Below, in pieces: positions 32,624 through 42,132 of a stretch of DNA of 64,000 nucleotides. Within the stretch, counting starts at the first letter, position 1. Each line of letters begins with the position of its first letter. Origin of the DNA: an uncultured delta proteobacterium (lineage in GTDB: Bacteria > Myxococcota > Kuafuiibacteriia > Kuafuiibacteriales > Kuafuiibacteriaceae). The stretch covers positions 928,001-992,000 of the forward strand of contig CAWDML010000003.1 in the NCBI GenBank assembly GCA_963803435.1. The letters are read 5' to 3'. The notes below the pieces were generated by a model. It saw only the letters and a list, made by a program, of their open reading frames with translations. It was not told where the DNA came from and did not search any database. The translations under genes were made by a program, and so were the position numbers.

Positions 32624-33620
32624 TCCGTCCACTCTTCGCAAGCTGCCTTGCCTTGCTGGCGGCCTCGCCCGCGCTCGCCGCCGAGGTGCGCGTGGGCGTC
32701 GTACCCGCGGTCGGATTCGAGCCGCCCCGAGGCGCGCGCGCTGGCCACCCAGACGCTGCTCGACGCGCTGGCCTCCGTCCGCGGCCTGCGCGTGATCTCC
32801 TTCGGGAGCATCGACGCCGTCCTGGGCCCCGCCGCCAAGCGCGCCCTCGAGGCGTGCACCGACGATCGCTGCCTGGTCGCGGCCACAGCCGGGATCACCA
32901 CCGATCGCCTGGCGGTCGCCAGCCTGGACGACGAGGGATCGCGCCGGGTCCTGCGCCTGCGCCTGGTGAAGAGCTCGAGCACCGCCGACGTGATCGCGCG
33001 CGTGACCCGGGACGTCGCGGACGGCGAGAACGCGCTCCGCACCGCCGTCGCGCAGTCCGCGCTCGAGCTGTTCCCCGAGCAGGCGAAGCAGAGCCTCGGC
33101 GTCCTCGAGATCAGCGGGGCCACGCCCGGCGCACGGATCGTCGTAGACGGACGCATGTCCACCTCGGTCCCGCTCGACGCGACCGATCCCGACGCGCCCG
33201 CGGTGCTCCGACTGAGCCCGGGCGTCCATCAGATCAAGGTCAGCGCGCCGGGTCGCTTCCCGGCCTCGGAGCAGGCCGAGGTGCTCGCCGGCCAGCGGAC
33301 CCGGCTCCAGGTCGATCTCACGAAGAACCGCAGCAGCGGTCCAGCTGATCCTCGGCGGCGTCGGCGTGGCGGCGGGCGTCGCCGGCATCATCCTGGGCGC
33401 GGTGGTGAAGAACAAGGCGAACCGGTGGAGCGACGCCTGCCCGGGCGGCATGCCCTGCGCCGCCGGCTTCACGCGCGATCGCTACGACGACGACATGCAG
33501 GCGATCGATCAGGGTCGGACCGTCGCCAACGTGCTCTACGGGGTCGCGGGCGCGGCCGCGCTCGGAGCCGTGATCTGGTTCTTCGCGGATCCCGGAAGCG
33601 ATCCGGAGGTGGGTCCATGA
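32620..33620 (+). CDS. PEGA-domain exported/membrane protein (two +1 frameshifts near 32716 and 33343)
   Basis: Signal peptide in one frame; PEGA-like GARIVVDG...LSPGVHQIKVSAPG in the next; C-terminal TM hairpin in the third; removing 2 nt gives 332 aa. Confidence 0.72.
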
Positions 33621-34609
33621 GATCGGCGGGCTGTCTGGCGGTCCTCCTCTTCGGGTGCACCACCGGAATCCCGGAGATCGCGCCCGAGCAGTTCGCGTGC
33701 GAGGGCGACGCGCCGCTCGCGTCGGGCGAGCTCCCCTGTCCCGAATCGCACTGGTGCGATCAGGGCGTCTGCAAGTCCCGCCTCGGCTGCACCGAGGCCG
33801 GAAGCTCGCGCCCCGGTTGCGATCGCGCGGCCCAGCGCCGCTGCGATCCCGTCCTCAACGCGATGACCTCTGCCGTGACCTGTCTCGGCGGCAACCAGAC
33901 GATCACCAGCACCGCTCCCCGGGACGACACCTGCGCCTGCCCCTCGCAGGGCCCTGCCGGCACCCCGCTGTTCTGTGCGCACATCCCCGCGGGACCGTCG
34001 ACCGAGTATCCGCTCTTCCTCACCGAGCCCGGCCAGCCCCTCGCGAGCGGTCAGTTCGGGATCACCGAGGATCGCCCCGAGTTTCGCTGGTGCGTGCGCG
34101 CCTGCTCGAACGAGATCGATTGCCCGGCCGACCACACGTGCCGGCCCGCGCCCGTGGTGACCGACGACCTGCGGGCCTCGCCGTCGAGCCGGCACACGAT
34201 CGGCGTCTGCTATCCAAACTTCCTGACCGCCACCTCGAGCTCGGTTCACCTCGAGCAGCCCGACCCGGACGCGTGCCTCTCGAACAGCGACTGCCCGAGC
34301 ATCTGTCAGTGGAACGTGGAGAGCGTCGCCGACCATCCGGTCCTGCCGATCGGTGAGTCGTGGGCGGGCCGGAAGGCGGTGGTGGCCCGCTGTGTCCCGC
34401 CGACGGGCTCGCTCGCGGATCCGGGCCGCGGGTGCACGCGCGACGCCGAGTGCAAGAACGGCCTCTGCGAGGGCGGGAAGTGCCAGCGTCCCTGCAACCC
34501 GGGTTATGACAGCGCGTGCGACAACTGCCTCTCGATCCAGGTCTCGCGCACGATCACGGGCCAGAGCGGCGAGGTGATCGACGCCGTTCACGTCTGCGAA
34601 ACCCCCTGA
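33617..34609 (+). CDS. Cysteine-rich lipoprotein
   Basis: Lipobox LLFGC; many paired Cys (CSNEIDCPADHTC, CTRDAECKNGLC). Confidence 0.78.
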   Translation: MRSAGCLAVLLFGCTTGIPEIAPEQFACEGDAPLASGELPCPESHWCDQGVCKSRLGCTEAGSSRPGCDRAAQRRCDPVLNAMTSAVTCLGGNQTITSTAPRDDTCACPSQGPAGTPLFCAHIPAGPSTEYPLFLTEPGQPLASGQFGITEDRPEFRWCVRACSNEIDCPADHTCRPAPVVTDDLRASPSSRHTIGVCYPNFLTATSSSVHLEQPDPDACLSNSDCPSICQWNVESVADHPVLPIGESWAGRKAVVARCVPPTGSLADPGRGCTRDAECKNGLCEGGKCQRPCNPGYDSACDNCLSIQVSRTITGQSGEVIDAVHVCETP

Positions 34610-34647
34610 GGGTGGCGCGTTTGGCGGCAGGCCCGTACGATGCCGGG

Positions 34648-36468
34648 GTGTCCCCGCCCCGGCGCCGCGGAAAGCTGACGTTCGCGGACCTGCTCGACTT
34701 GCTGCAGGACGCGTCCGCGATCGACGAGGTCACCAAGCGCGACCTACTCTCTCGAGAGGACACGCTCCGCGCCAGGTTCCTGCGGGCCAAGTTCGGCTCG
34801 GCCGGCCTCTCGCGGAAGGACTACCACGTCTCGGCGACCGAGCTGGTCGATACCGCCAAGCTCCCGCACCCCGACGCGCCGGGCCGCTCCATCGACGAGG
34901 ACATCCTGGCCCGCCTGCTCGCGCAGGCCTGGGACCTCAAGTACAAGAAGATCGATCCGCTCGCGCTCGACCGCCGCCTGATCACCAAGGTGCTCCCCCG
35001 CGGCTTCGCGCGCCGCCACGTGATGCTGCCGATCGCGGAGGAGGGCGATAAGCTGATCGTGGCGATCGCCGACCCGGGCGACACCCACGCGCTCGAGGAG
35101 TTCTCGCGGGCGACCGGTCGTCCCGTGGAGGCGGTCGTCTCCGCGAAGAAGGACATCGTCAACATCATGTCCGAGGTGCACGGCTTCCACCGTGCGGTGG
35201 CCGGCGCCTCGCTCGACGCCAGCGCGAAGTCGAGCATCCAGAACCTCGAAGGCCTGGTCCGGGTCCGGGCCAACGAGGAGATCGATCCCGAAGACCAGAA
35301 CATCGTCGCGGCGGTCGAGTATCTCCTCAACAACGCGTTCGACAACCGGGCCAGCGACATCCACATCGAGCCCAAGCGCGACGTCTCCAAGCTCCGGCTC
35401 CGCATCGACGGGATCCTGCACGACGTCGGCGAGATCCCGGCGGCGGTGCATCCCGCCTTCATCGCCCGCATCAAGATCCTGGCGCGCATGGACATCGCCG
35501 AGAAGCGCCGCCCGCAGGACGGCCGCATCAAGACCCAGCGCGGTGAAGGCGAGATCGAGCTCCGCGTCTCCTCGCTGCCGGTCGCGTTCGGCGAGAAGGT
35601 CGTCATCCGAATCTTCGATCCCCAGGTGCTGCTGGCGGAGATCGTCGATCTCGGGTTCACGCAGAAGGAGCGCGAGCTCTACGAGGACTGGATCAACCGT
35701 CCCAACGGCCTGGTCCTGGTCACCGGACCCACCGGCAGCGGCAAGACGACCACGCTCTACTCCACGCTCAAGTATCTGGCGCGGCCCGGCGTCAACGTGG
35801 TCACCGTCGAGGATCCGATCGAGATGGTCTTCGAGCCGCTCAATCAGGTGGCGGTCCAGCAGAAGATCGACGTCACCTTCGCGTCGGCGCTCCGCACCAT
35901 CCTGCGGCAGGATCCCGACGTCGTGATGGTGGGCGAGATCCGCGACAAGGAGACCGCGGTGATGACGGTCCAGGCCGCGCTGACCGGACACCTCGTGTTC
36001 TCGACGCTGCACACGAACGACACCTCCACCTCCGTGTCCCGCATGATCGATCTGGGTGTGGAGCCCTTCCTCCTCGGTTCCACGATGACCGGCGTGCTGG
36101 CGCAGCGGTTGGTCCGGAAGGTCTGCAGCGACTGTGCAGAGCAGCGCTTCCTCAGCGAGGAGCAGATCCACGCGCTCGGGATCCCGGTCGAGCCCGGGGA
36201 GAAGCGGCGCCTCCCGGTGAAGGAGGGCGGCGGGTGCGTGCGATGTCGCCACACCGGACTGTTCGGGCGGACCGGAATCTTCGAGATGCTCGACGTCAGC
36301 CCCAAGATCCGGAAGATGGTGGCCGAGCAGCGGGACTCCAAGGAGATCGCGAAGGCCGCCGAGCTCGATGGCATGGTCTCCCTGCGAAAGGCCGCGATCC
36401 GCAAGCTTGCCCAGGGTTTGACGACGTACGAGGAAGTGTTCCGCGTAACCGCAGAGACCGATCTGTAA
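34648..36468 (+). CDS. GspE/PulE/PilB-family secretion ATPase
   Basis: ASDIHIEP, RRPQDG, Walker A GPTGSGKTTT, EDPIE, LRQDPD, GEIRD, TGHLVFSTLHTN and tetra-Cys Zn motif. Confidence 0.93.
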   Translation: MSPPRRRGKLTFADLLDLLQDASAIDEVTKRDLLSREDTLRARFLRAKFGSAGLSRKDYHVSATELVDTAKLPHPDAPGRSIDEDILARLLAQAWDLKYKKIDPLALDRRLITKVLPRGFARRHVMLPIAEEGDKLIVAIADPGDTHALEEFSRATGRPVEAVVSAKKDIVNIMSEVHGFHRAVAGASLDASAKSSIQNLEGLVRVRANEEIDPEDQNIVAAVEYLLNNAFDNRASDIHIEPKRDVSKLRLRIDGILHDVGEIPAAVHPAFIARIKILARMDIAEKRRPQDGRIKTQRGEGEIELRVSSLPVAFGEKVVIRIFDPQVLLAEIVDLGFTQKERELYEDWINRPNGLVLVTGPTGSGKTTTLYSTLKYLARPGVNVVTVEDPIEMVFEPLNQVAVQQKIDVTFASALRTILRQDPDVVMVGEIRDKETAVMTVQAALTGHLVFSTLHTNDTSTSVSRMIDLGVEPFLLGSTMTGVLAQRLVRKVCSDCAEQRFLSEEQIHALGIPVEPGEKRRLPVKEGGGCVRCRHTGLFGRTGIFEMLDVSPKIRKMVAEQRDSKEIAKAAELDGMVSLRKAAIRKLAQGLTTYEEVFRVTAETDL

Positions 36469-36559
36469 TCCCAGGTGGTCGTCGTGGCGGCAGTCACGGA
36501 CGTGCAACCTTGGCAGAGATGGTCTAGAACACGGGTCTCACGGAGGAAAGGTTCCAAAC

Positions 36560-37615
36560 ATGATGAGAAAGCTGGCTTATGCCCTCCCGGCAACTCTCTC
36601 GTTCGCGCTGATCGCCTGTGGCGGCGGCCCGAACCTCGACCAGGTCAAGGCTGATTTCCAAAACCCGACGGGATCCGTCCAGAACAAGGACGCGATGGTC
36701 GCTTCCAGCGGAAGCTTGAACGCATCCGGCGGCGCGATCGAGGTGGCGGGCGGCGGCGTTCCGGGCGCCTCGCTCACTGCGACCGGCAAGGTGGCGGGGC
36801 TGCGTCAGCTCAACGTCCAGAGAGCGTGGGAAGGCCGTGCGCGCACGGTCCGCGATTACCTCAACGGCAAAGCCACCGCGAAGCAGGCCCTCTCCGAGGC
36901 CCAGACGGGCTTCGGCTGCGACGACAGCGCCGAGGCCCAGGAGGCGTTCCAGAAGGCGCTCAACGATCTCACCGCCGACGCCGTCAACCCGTTCGGCAGC
37001 GGCAAGAAGATCTCCGGCAAGGCCAGCTACAAGCTCGATCTCACGAGCTGCAGCAACGGCGAGCTGTCGGGCTCGGCCAGCATCGAGATCGAGATCGTCG
37101 CGGAGCAGACCGGGGCGAACTCGGGGCGCTTCGCCTTCACCGTGAAGTACAACCTCAACAACGTCTGCGAGCTGAACACCGAAGAGAAGACCTGCGTCGA
37201 CGGCAGCCTCATCGCCGAGGCGGAAGCGGTCGGCCAGGACGAGTTCGGCAGCCTCACCTTCACCGAGGCGTGGGAGCTCGACGGCAACTGGCTCGAGAGC
37301 GGCGTCGAGCGCAACGCCACGCTGAAGGGCGGGATCCGCTCGGCCTTCGAGGGTGACGGCAACAGCGGCAACGCGAGCATCGAGATCCTGAACTACGTCA
37401 ACACGCCGGACGGCGAGTGGTCCTACGTCTGGTCCGTGAAGGCCTCCTACGACGGCCTCAACGGCACTGGCACCTTCGAGGTCCGCGGTCAGGACGGCAG
37501 CGTCACCTGCACGGTCGACGACAACGGCGGCATGTGCAGCGGCAGCGACGGCAGCTCCATCAGCTGGACCGCCGAGGACGAGCAGGGCCTCGACGACTCG
37601 TGGTTCGGGGGCTGA
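36560..37615 (+). CDS. Beta-rich lipoprotein of unknown function
   Basis: Lipobox LIAC; AGGA/AAGG RBS-like sequence upstream; amphipathic beta strands. Confidence 0.75.
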   Translation: MMRKLAYALPATLSFALIACGGGPNLDQVKADFQNPTGSVQNKDAMVASSGSLNASGGAIEVAGGGVPGASLTATGKVAGLRQLNVQRAWEGRARTVRDYLNGKATAKQALSEAQTGFGCDDSAEAQEAFQKALNDLTADAVNPFGSGKKISGKASYKLDLTSCSNGELSGSASIEIEIVAEQTGANSGRFAFTVKYNLNNVCELNTEEKTCVDGSLIAEAEAVGQDEFGSLTFTEAWELDGNWLESGVERNATLKGGIRSAFEGDGNSGNASIEILNYVNTPDGEWSYVWSVKASYDGLNGTGTFEVRGQDGSVTCTVDDNGGMCSGSDGSSISWTAEDEQGLDDSWFGG

Positions 37616-37678
37616 TTACGGCTCGGTAACGCGGTTCCCCGTTCGGTGACGCGCGGGGACACCGCAAAGTCGACACGG

Positions 37679-37695
37679 TTGGCGCCCAGGTTGCT
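37679..37695 (+). promoter_or_regulatory. Sigma-54 promoter of the multiheme cytochrome operon
   Basis: TTGGCGCCCAGGTTGCT = TGGC-N7-TTGCW, ending 17 nt before ATG 37712. Confidence 0.65.
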
Positions 37696-37711
37696 TACGC
37701 ACCTGGGCGTC

Positions 37712-39901
37712 ATGCTTTCTGGGCGCCCGTTTCTCCCATTCATCCTCGCGGCTTCGCTCACACCGCTCGCCTGTGTGAGCGAGGACGGCGCCCCCGGCCC
37801 ACAGGGCGATCCCGGTGCCCGCGGTCCGGTCGGTCAGCCCGGGACACCCGGCGACCCTGGCACGCCGGGCGACCCGGGAACACCCGGCACCCCCGGAAAG
37901 GACGGCCAAACCTACACGCCGGCGGGACCGGGGCTGACCCTCGACCTCCAGGCGGCGTCGGTCGACACCGGGACCGTCAGCGTCCTCTTCTCGGTCCGAT
38001 TGGACGACGGCGTCCCGCTCGACCTCGCCGGTCGCTTCACCCCCGGGCCGGTGACCGCGCGCTTCGTCCTGTCGCGGCAGGAGGCGGATCGCTTCGTGGC
38101 GCTGACCGCGCGCTCGGTCACGAGCACGATCACGGGCGTCACCGCGATCCAGCCGACGACGGACTCGAGCGCGCTGTTCGACGCGGTGGAGCCGGGCGTC
38201 TACCGCTTCACGTTCAACACCGCGGTCCCGAGTGCCGACACCAACTCGACCTTGACCATCGCTGCGTACGCCACTCGAGCGCTCGACGGCGAAACCTACG
38301 TCGCCAATGCCGAGCTGGACTTCCACCCGGACGGCAGCCCGGCCGAGTACACCCGTGAGGTCGTCACCGACGCGGCTTGCGCCACCTGCCACGACGATCT
38401 CTCCGCACACGGCGGCGATCGCAAGGACGTCCGCCTCTGCCAGAGCTGCCACACGCAGGGCACGATCGATCCCGACACCGGCAACAGCGTCGAGCTCGCC
38501 GTCATGATCCACCGGATCCATCGAGGGGCTTCGCTCCCGAGCGTGGTCGCCGGTGGGCGCTACCGGATCATCGGCTACCGCGGCTCGGTCCACGACTTCT
38601 CCACGGTGCGGTTCCCTCAGGAGATCGAGCGCTGCCAGGTCTGCCACCAGGGCGCCCAGTCCGATCGCGCGTTCACCACGCCAACGCGCGCGCTCTGCAC
38701 CACCTGCCACGACGACATCAGCTTCGAGAGTCCGCCGCCCGCCGGCATGACGCTCCATCGCGGCGGCCCCCACAGCGACGACGTCACCTGCCGCTCCTGC
38801 CACGTCCCGAGCGGCGACGGCGTCTCCCCGATCCTCGAGCGACACCAGACGCCGCTGATCGATCCGGCCAGCCCGAAGCTCGCGCTCGAGATCATGGACG
38901 TCCGCAGCTCCGGACCCGGCCAGGTCCCCGAGGTCGACTTCCGCGTCACGCTCGACGGCGCCGGCCTCGACCTCGAGAGCGCACCGCTCGGCTCGCTGCG
39001 GATGACCGTGGCCGGGCCGAACCCGGACTTCGCCACGTTTCGCCAGGTGACCGTTCAGGGCGGCGGCGCCGCCGGCACGCTGATCCCGATCGACGCGTCC
39101 GAAGGTGAGTTCACGTATCAGTTCCCGACCACCAGCCCGATGGCGGCCGACGCGACCGGGAGCTGGACGCTCGGGATGGAGGGCTATCTGGCCGGCGCCG
39201 TGCGGTTCGCCGCGGTCTCACCGATCCGCGCGTTCGCGGTGACCGACGCGCAGCCGATCGCGAGGCGCAGCGTGGTCAGCCGCGACAAGTGCAACGCCTG
39301 TCATCGCGAGCTGAGCGAGCACGGCGGTGGCCGCACCAACGTCGCCTACTGCGGGCTCTGCCACAACCCGAACAATCTGAACGACGAGCGCGCGCCGCGC
39401 CGCGAGGGCACCACCACCCGCGTACCGAGCGTCGATCTCAAGCGCATGATCCACCGGATCCACGCGGGCGAGTCGCTGGCGCAGGGCTACGTGCTCGGAG
39501 GCTTCCCGGCGCCGAGCGCGGCGAACCCGGACGGCACCCCGACGAACTTCGGCGAGACGCGCTACCCTGCGACCCTGTCGAACTGCGCGATGTGCCACCT
39601 CGACGGCACCGAGCGGCTCCCGCTCTCGCAAGACAACCTGCCGTCCCTCGAAGAGATCCGGACCTGCACCGAACCGCCCGGCGACGACGCGGACGCGTAT
39701 TGCAACGATCCGTACTGGACGATCGCCGAGACGATCGCGATCCCACCGGAGACCTCGGCCTGCACCGGCTGTCACGACTCGCCCGCCGCCGAGGCCCACG
39801 CGGCGGTGATGACCACCCCGGACGGCCGGGAGAGCTGCGCCGTCTGCCACGGCCCCGGGAGCGGCTACGACGTCGACGTCGTCCACGGGTTGGCGCAATG
39901 A
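37712..39901 (+). CDS. OmcA/MtrC-family decaheme c-type cytochrome lipoprotein
   Basis: Lipobox PLAC; 10 CXXCH in a 5+5 layout separated by a heme-free domain; HGG.R and MIHRIH.G repeated. Confidence 0.9.
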   Translation: MLSGRPFLPFILAASLTPLACVSEDGAPGPQGDPGARGPVGQPGTPGDPGTPGDPGTPGTPGKDGQTYTPAGPGLTLDLQAASVDTGTVSVLFSVRLDDGVPLDLAGRFTPGPVTARFVLSRQEADRFVALTARSVTSTITGVTAIQPTTDSSALFDAVEPGVYRFTFNTAVPSADTNSTLTIAAYATRALDGETYVANAELDFHPDGSPAEYTREVVTDAACATCHDDLSAHGGDRKDVRLCQSCHTQGTIDPDTGNSVELAVMIHRIHRGASLPSVVAGGRYRIIGYRGSVHDFSTVRFPQEIERCQVCHQGAQSDRAFTTPTRALCTTCHDDISFESPPPAGMTLHRGGPHSDDVTCRSCHVPSGDGVSPILERHQTPLIDPASPKLALEIMDVRSSGPGQVPEVDFRVTLDGAGLDLESAPLGSLRMTVAGPNPDFATFRQVTVQGGGAAGTLIPIDASEGEFTYQFPTTSPMAADATGSWTLGMEGYLAGAVRFAAVSPIRAFAVTDAQPIARRSVVSRDKCNACHRELSEHGGGRTNVAYCGLCHNPNNLNDERAPRREGTTTRVPSVDLKRMIHRIHAGESLAQGYVLGGFPAPSAANPDGTPTNFGETRYPATLSNCAMCHLDGTERLPLSQDNLPSLEEIRTCTEPPGDDADAYCNDPYWTIAETIAIPPETSACTGCHDSPAAEAHAAVMTTPDGRESCAVCHGPGSGYDVDVVHGLAQ
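37787..37903 (+). repeat. Collagen-like (Gly-X-Y)x13 segment in the MtrC-like protein
   Basis: GAPGPQGDPGARGPVGQPGTPGDPGTPGDPGTPGTPGKD. Confidence 0.9.
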
Positions 39902-41238
39902 AGAGACTCCTCACCACGATCGCCGTGATCACGGCGGTCGCCGGCTGCGAGAAGCTCCGCGGCCGGCCCTCCGAAGCCGAGTGCGTCACCTGGGACCATG
40001 ACGTGCGCGCGGTGCTCGAGGCGCGGTGCAGCACCTGCCACTCCGGCCCCGCTCCGGAGGCCGGGCTCGACTTCTCGACGTACCAGGCCACGATCCAGAC
40101 CGCGACCGCAGGGGACGAACGGTCCCGCATCCTCCAGAAGCTCCACCCCGAGCAGGCCGACGTCCTCCCGACCCTCGAGGCCTGGGTGGTCGACTGCCGC
40201 CTGGCCCTCCGCGACTCGGCGATCCACGCGCCGGGCCTCCAGAACCCGAGGGACCCCGACTTCCACGGCGCGCTCCTGGCGTCCCTCGACTACGACTTCG
40301 CGCTCTGCGCCAAGTGCCACGGCGAGCGCTTCGACGGCGGCGGCGCCCAAGCCTCGTGCCTGAGCTGCCACCCGAAGGGCCCGACCGACTGCAGCACCTG
40401 CCACCGCGCGCCCACGCCCGAGCACCGCGCCCATGCCCGGTTCGACTGCGCGCGCTGCCATCAGGTGCCCGGTCGCTGGGATGATCCGGGCCACCTCGAC
40501 GGCCCTCCCGCCGAGGTCCGCTTCGACGGCGCCGGCGCCACCGCGATGTTCGATCCGGCCGAGGCGCGCTGCACGGGCGTGACCTGCCACGGCGGCGGCT
40601 ACCAGGACAGCGCCGCCACCAACACGACGCCCACCTGGCACGCCGGCGAGGATCAGGCCGCCTGTGGCACCTGCCACGGGATCCCGCCGTCGAGCCACGC
40701 GAGCGATCAGTGCGAGAGCTGCCACCCGATCTCGAACCACATCGACGGCGTGGTGCAGCTCGGCCGCTCCGAGACCGGCTGCCGCGGCTGCCACGGGACG
40801 CCGGAAGCGCCCGCGCCCGACGACCGAGGTCATCGCTCGCACCTCGACCCGCAGCTCGGGCTGCGCGGGCCGATCGCCTGCGGCGACTGTCACCTGGTCC
40901 CCTCCGCGATCGACAGCCCCGGACACATCGACTCGGCGCCGCCCGCCGAGGTCTTCCCCAGCGGGATCGCGGCGGCCAGCCTCGCGTTCGCCCGCGGCGC
41001 CCAGCCGACCTGGGATCACGAGACCGCCACCTGCGCAGGCACCTACTGCCATGGACCCGCGACGCCGTCGTGGACCAGCGGCGAGACCTTCTGCGGCTCG
41101 TGTCACGGCATTCCGCCCCAGGACGCGAACCACGACCCCTCGCTGAAGCTCAGCGACTGCGCCAGCTGTCACCCGAGCTCGGTCGATCAGTACGGCAACC
41201 CAAGGAGCACGCACCTCGATGGACACGTCGACCTTTGA
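39898..41238 (+). CDS. Multiheme cytochrome c lipoprotein with CxxxxCH/CxxCH modules (11 CXXCH + 2 CX4CH)
   Basis: Lipobox VAGC; CTGVTCH..CGTCH and CAGTYCH..CGSCH; N-terminal planctomycete-type cytochrome domain (CSTCH...AGLDF). Confidence 0.88.
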   Translation: MKRLLTTIAVITAVAGCEKLRGRPSEAECVTWDHDVRAVLEARCSTCHSGPAPEAGLDFSTYQATIQTATAGDERSRILQKLHPEQADVLPTLEAWVVDCRLALRDSAIHAPGLQNPRDPDFHGALLASLDYDFALCAKCHGERFDGGGAQASCLSCHPKGPTDCSTCHRAPTPEHRAHARFDCARCHQVPGRWDDPGHLDGPPAEVRFDGAGATAMFDPAEARCTGVTCHGGGYQDSAATNTTPTWHAGEDQAACGTCHGIPPSSHASDQCESCHPISNHIDGVVQLGRSETGCRGCHGTPEAPAPDDRGHRSHLDPQLGLRGPIACGDCHLVPSAIDSPGHIDSAPPAEVFPSGIAAASLAFARGAQPTWDHETATCAGTYCHGPATPSWTSGETFCGSCHGIPPQDANHDPSLKLSDCASCHPSSVDQYGNPRSTHLDGHVDL

Positions 41239-41896
41239 AACGCCGCTGCTCCACATGCAGCACTTCATGGACCTCCTGGTCCTGGCCACGATCGTCTTCG
41301 CGATCTTCGCGCTCTCGATCGTCGGCTGGTACCTGGTCCGCCGCCCGCCGCTCAATCTTGCCACCAAGCTGGCGCTGCTCCTGGGCGTCTTCATCTTCCC
41401 GATCATGTCCGCGGGCAGCGGCAACGTGGTCGGGTTCGAGGCGACCAAGACGCGGAGCTTCTGCAGCGGTTGCCATGTCATGATCCCGTACACCGAGGAC
41501 GCCGCCAATCCGAACAGCCACTCGCTGGCGTCGATGCACTCGCGCAACGGCTCCTTCGGCGAGGAGAGCTGCTACACCTGCCACGCCGACTACTCGATGT
41601 TCGGGACCTTCCTCACCAAGGCCGACGGCATGAAGCACGCGTACCTGTATGTCGCCGAGTACCGGTCGATCTCGGCGGAGGACACGTTCGGGAAGATCCA
41701 GCTCTACTCGCCCTTCCGCAACGAAACCTGCATGCGATGTCACTCGACCACGCTCGAGGGCTTCAACGAGCTCGAGGATCACCGGGGCGCGATGGAGGAC
41801 ATCAAGAACGGCAAGGTGTCCTGCGTGAGCTCCGGTTGCCACGGCTACGCCCACCCCTTCAGCAAGAAGCAGAAGGAGCCGGAGGTCGCGCAATGA
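41219..41896 (+). CDS. NapC/NirT-family membrane-anchored tetraheme cytochrome c
   Basis: Two TM segments; SFCSGCHVM, CYTCH, NETCMRCH and atypical CVSSGCH. Confidence 0.88.
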   Translation: MDTSTFETPLLHMQHFMDLLVLATIVFAIFALSIVGWYLVRRPPLNLATKLALLLGVFIFPIMSAGSGNVVGFEATKTRSFCSGCHVMIPYTEDAANPNSHSLASMHSRNGSFGEESCYTCHADYSMFGTFLTKADGMKHAYLYVAEYRSISAEDTFGKIQLYSPFRNETCMRCHSTTLEGFNELEDHRGAMEDIKNGKVSCVSSGCHGYAHPFSKKQKEPEVAQ

Positions 41897-42132
41897 CCGC
41901 CAAGACCTCCGAGCGGATCCTCCGGCTCTCCTGCCTGCTGACGATCCTCGGCCTCATCCTGTTCGTCTGGTCGGTGCTGGTCCCCACCGTCGTTCCGGTG
42001 ATGGTGGCGATGTCGATCGGACAGGTCATCGGGACGCTCGCGTTCGCCGGCTACCTGTACGTCATCGTCGGCGACCTGCGGCGGGCCAAGGTCCTCGACC
42101 TCGATCGGAAGAAGGGAGGGGAGGCGCGGTGA
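41893..42132 (+). CDS. Small 2-TM membrane protein
   Basis: 79 aa with two hydrophobic helices; 4-nt start/stop overlaps on both sides. Confidence 0.75.
   Translation: MTAKTSERILRLSCLLTILGLILFVWSVLVPTVVPVMVAMSIGQVIGTLAFAGYLYVIVGDLRRAKVLDLDRKKGGEAR

Noticed and set aside
32648-34609. 653-aa PEGA plus Cys-rich fusion
   Set aside because: Created by the frameshift near 33343; the Cys-rich lipoprotein has its own GGAGG RBS, ATG (33617) and lipobox.
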